This document shows positions 22,370 to 24,000 of a stretch of DNA of 24,000 nt, piece after piece. A program made the position numbers and the translations under genes. The stretch is from assembly GCA_043743535.1 (NCBI GenBank), contig JAYTWI010000021.1, forward strand, positions 1 through 24,000. The letters run 5' to 3'. Numbering within the stretch: the stretch's first letter is position 1; every line of letters begins with the position of its first letter. Below the pieces are notes generated by a model. That model had not been told where the DNA came from. It was given only the letters and a program-made list of their open reading frames with translations, and did not search any database. The DNA is from Candidatus Moraniibacteriota bacterium (lineage in GTDB: Bacteria; Patescibacteriota; Minisyncoccia; Moranbacterales; UBA1568).

Positions 22370-23485
22370 ATGGCTTTTGTTTACACAACGAGAAATGATG
22401 GCAGCCGGATCGGGCAGCTAGCCACCAGAAAAGGGAGTATCGCTACTCCCTTTTTCATGCCGGATGCTACCCGTGCTTCCGTACGGGGACTGGCCACAGC
22501 CGAGCTAGAAGGAGTAGGAGTCGAGGCCTTGGTCGTCAATACGTATCATTTGTTTTTGCAACCAGGCGAAGCTTTGATTAGGACGGCGGGCGATATCCAT
22601 ACCTTTATGGATTGGCCACATCCGGTACTGTCTGATTCAGGAGGGTATCAGATCTATTCGCTCATCCACAAGCACCCAGAAATGGGACGGATCACGGAAG
22701 AAGGAGCGGAATTCAAATCGGTGCTCGATGGTTCGAAGCATATGCTGACGCCGGAACGTTCTATTCAGATTCAGTTTGACTTGGGTGTTGATATGATGGT
22801 AGTGCTCGATGATCCACGCCCCAATGACGCTCCGGAAAAAGATATTGCGGAGGCAGTGGAACGAACCATTCGCTGGGCCAAGCGCTGCAGAGAAGAATAC
22901 GACCGGCAAGTAGCCGCGCGTGGTTTGACGGAAGAAACACGGCCGCTTCTCTTTGGGGTGGTACAGGGCGGGATGGTCAAGGAGTTGCGCAAACGTTGTA
23001 TCGACGGTCTTGTGGCATTTGATTTTGATGGTTATGGTTTCGGGGCTCGTCATGTGGATATAGAAGGACAATTTCTGGAAGAGATCATGCGCTACACAGC
23101 CGCCATTATTCCCGAAGACAAGATCCGCTTTGCCCTGGGGGTGGGGACGCCCGATGACATCGTACGTTGTCATGCTCTAGGCTGGGATATGTTTGACTGC
23201 GTTATTCCGACGCGCGAAGGCAGGCATGGTCGTTTGTTCGTTATGAAAGATGAACAGAAAATATCAAGGGGAGATTTTTACGAAACCATCAATATACATA
23301 ACGAGCAGTTCAAGGCAGACTTTACCCCGGTAGATATCAGTTGTGACTGTACGCTTTGCACACGCTATACCAAAAGCTATCTTCGCCACCTTTTTCGAGT
23401 AGGGGAACCATTGGCTCTCTGCTTGGCCTCCGAACACAACTTACGTTTCTATATCCGTGTTATGGCCAAGTTGCGCGCCACATAA
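22370..23485 (+). CDS. tgt: tRNA-guanine transglycosylase (queuine tRNA-ribosyltransferase)
   Basis: Contains FMPDAT, NTYHL, LSDSGGYQ, MVVLDD, FGVVQGG and the zinc site CDCTLCTRYTKSYLRHL. Confidence 0.93.
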   Translation: MAFVYTTRNDGSRIGQLATRKGSIATPFFMPDATRASVRGLATAELEGVGVEALVVNTYHLFLQPGEALIRTAGDIHTFMDWPHPVLSDSGGYQIYSLIHKHPEMGRITEEGAEFKSVLDGSKHMLTPERSIQIQFDLGVDMMVVLDDPRPNDAPEKDIAEAVERTIRWAKRCREEYDRQVAARGLTEETRPLLFGVVQGGMVKELRKRCIDGLVAFDFDGYGFGARHVDIEGQFLEEIMRYTAAIIPEDKIRFALGVGTPDDIVRCHALGWDMFDCVIPTREGRHGRLFVMKDEQKISRGDFYETINIHNEQFKADFTPVDISCDCTLCTRYTKSYLRHLFRVGEPLALCLASEHNLRFYIRVMAKLRAT

Positions 23486-23496
23486 ACAAAGAGAAA

Positions 23497-23529
23497 TGAA
23501 AAAACGCGGTCGTAGTATTCTACGTTCGC
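23497..23529 (-). terminator. terminator hairpin between convergent tgt and the Zn-ribbon gene (better U-run on the minus strand)
   Basis: GCGGTCGTAG-TATT-CTACGTTCGC (23506-23529), 10 positions with one mismatch. The plus-strand A run at 23499-23504 gives GUUUUUUC after the hairpin on the minus strand. Only UUU follows it on the plus strand. Confidence 0.55.
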
Positions 23530-23563
23530 GCTTTGGATCTATCGCCAGCGATGTTCAGTCGTG

Positions 23564-23821
23564 CTATGAGCAGGAATCGACCACCTTGGAATCGATAAAT
23601 CGGTGGCCGCACTTTGGACAGTGACACTCTGCCTCGAACCTGCACATGTCGACATCGATGCAAATAGGGTGTTGCGAAACGACTTTGGCTCTAGTCTTGC
23701 ACTTTGTGCAGTGGGGATAGCCCAATTCCTCAAGTTCTTTCCAGAACTGAGCGAACCACCCACTGATTTGGTGGCCAAGTCTTTGCCCGGCGGTTAAGAC
23801 CTGGTCGAAAAGCTTTTTCAT
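23564..23821 (-). CDS. hypothetical small zinc-ribbon-like protein (85 aa)
   Basis: AAGGAG lies 6 nt before ATG 23821, which is preferred over track 23899. It has paired Cys motifs: HCTKCK ... CHCPKCGH. Confidence 0.5.
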   Translation of the reverse strand: MKKLFDQVLTAGQRLGHQISGWFAQFWKELEELGYPHCTKCKTRAKVVSQHPICIDVDMCRFEAECHCPKCGHRFIDSKVVDSCS

Positions 23822-23859
23822 GGCGGTCTCCTTGGTAGGGTAGTCAGCTCGTCTGGTGT

Positions 23860-24000
23860 TTATGTTCGCAATAAAAACAGTACCAACGGGTGGGAGCAAG
23901 TGGCGAACACCCGATCTCCCTTATCAGGGTCATTCTTTTGCAAATTGAACACTTCTTTGGCGTGTCTCGCCTCATTAGCCAGAAGACAAGGCCTCCCACG
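23860..24000 (-). CDS. C-terminal end of an unidentified protein entering from the right window edge
   Basis: The minus-strand frame is open from nt 24000 to the TAA at 23860-23862 (...RGRPCLLANEARHAKEVFNLQKNDPDKGDRVFATCSHPLVLFLLRT). It ends 38 nt upstream of the Zn-ribbon gene. No family recognised. Confidence 0.3.
   Translation of the reverse strand, partial: RGRPCLLANEARHAKEVFNLQKNDPDKGDRVFATCSHPLVLFLLRT

Noticed and set aside
1-24000. CRISPR arrays, rRNA genes and tRNA genes
   Set aside because: No regularly spaced direct repeats and no rRNA-like or cloverleaf-compatible sequence were seen on either strand. The only T-arm/CCA element belongs to the tmRNA.

Overview
This 24-kb window comes from a compact, moderately AT-rich bacterial genome. 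The gene style resembles an uncultivated Patescibacteria/CPR-type organism, but that is inference only. Most of it is housekeeping. On the minus strand there is an smpB - ssrA(tmRNA) - infC - rpmI - rplT block. On the plus strand are trhO, argS, a histidine phosphatase, ileS, recO, a DUF11-type surface protein and tgt, plus a cluster of an EamA-like membrane protein, a TM-anchored glycoside hydrolase, a SpoU methyltransferase, a HAD hydrolase, VanZ and a SIMPL protein. Three RNA elements are invisible in the ORF track but readable by eye. (1) A tmRNA at 8422-8823 (-) with an encoded CCA end and a 24-codon tag frame. (2) A complete T-box riboswitch at 15893-16068 (+) with a K-turn and an ultrashort Stem I presenting AUC-A (Ile). 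It sits in front of an NYN-domain gene plus a type-2 ileS. (3) A complete type III hammerhead ribozyme motif at 10752-10802 (+). The most interesting region is 9402-11670. It is a GC-richer insert between smpB and trhO with two unrecognisable proteins. Each is preceded by the same roughly 107-nt structured module, which includes a 61-nt perfectly identical run. A consensus promoter lies at the left end, the hammerhead lies between the two genes, and a strong terminator closes the unit. A second foreign-looking patch at 918-2254 holds a GC-rich MOSC gene next to a heavily degraded IS30-family transposase remnant. No CRISPR array, rRNA gene or tRNA gene was found. All coordinates, folds and GC estimates were done by hand and need computational confirmation.
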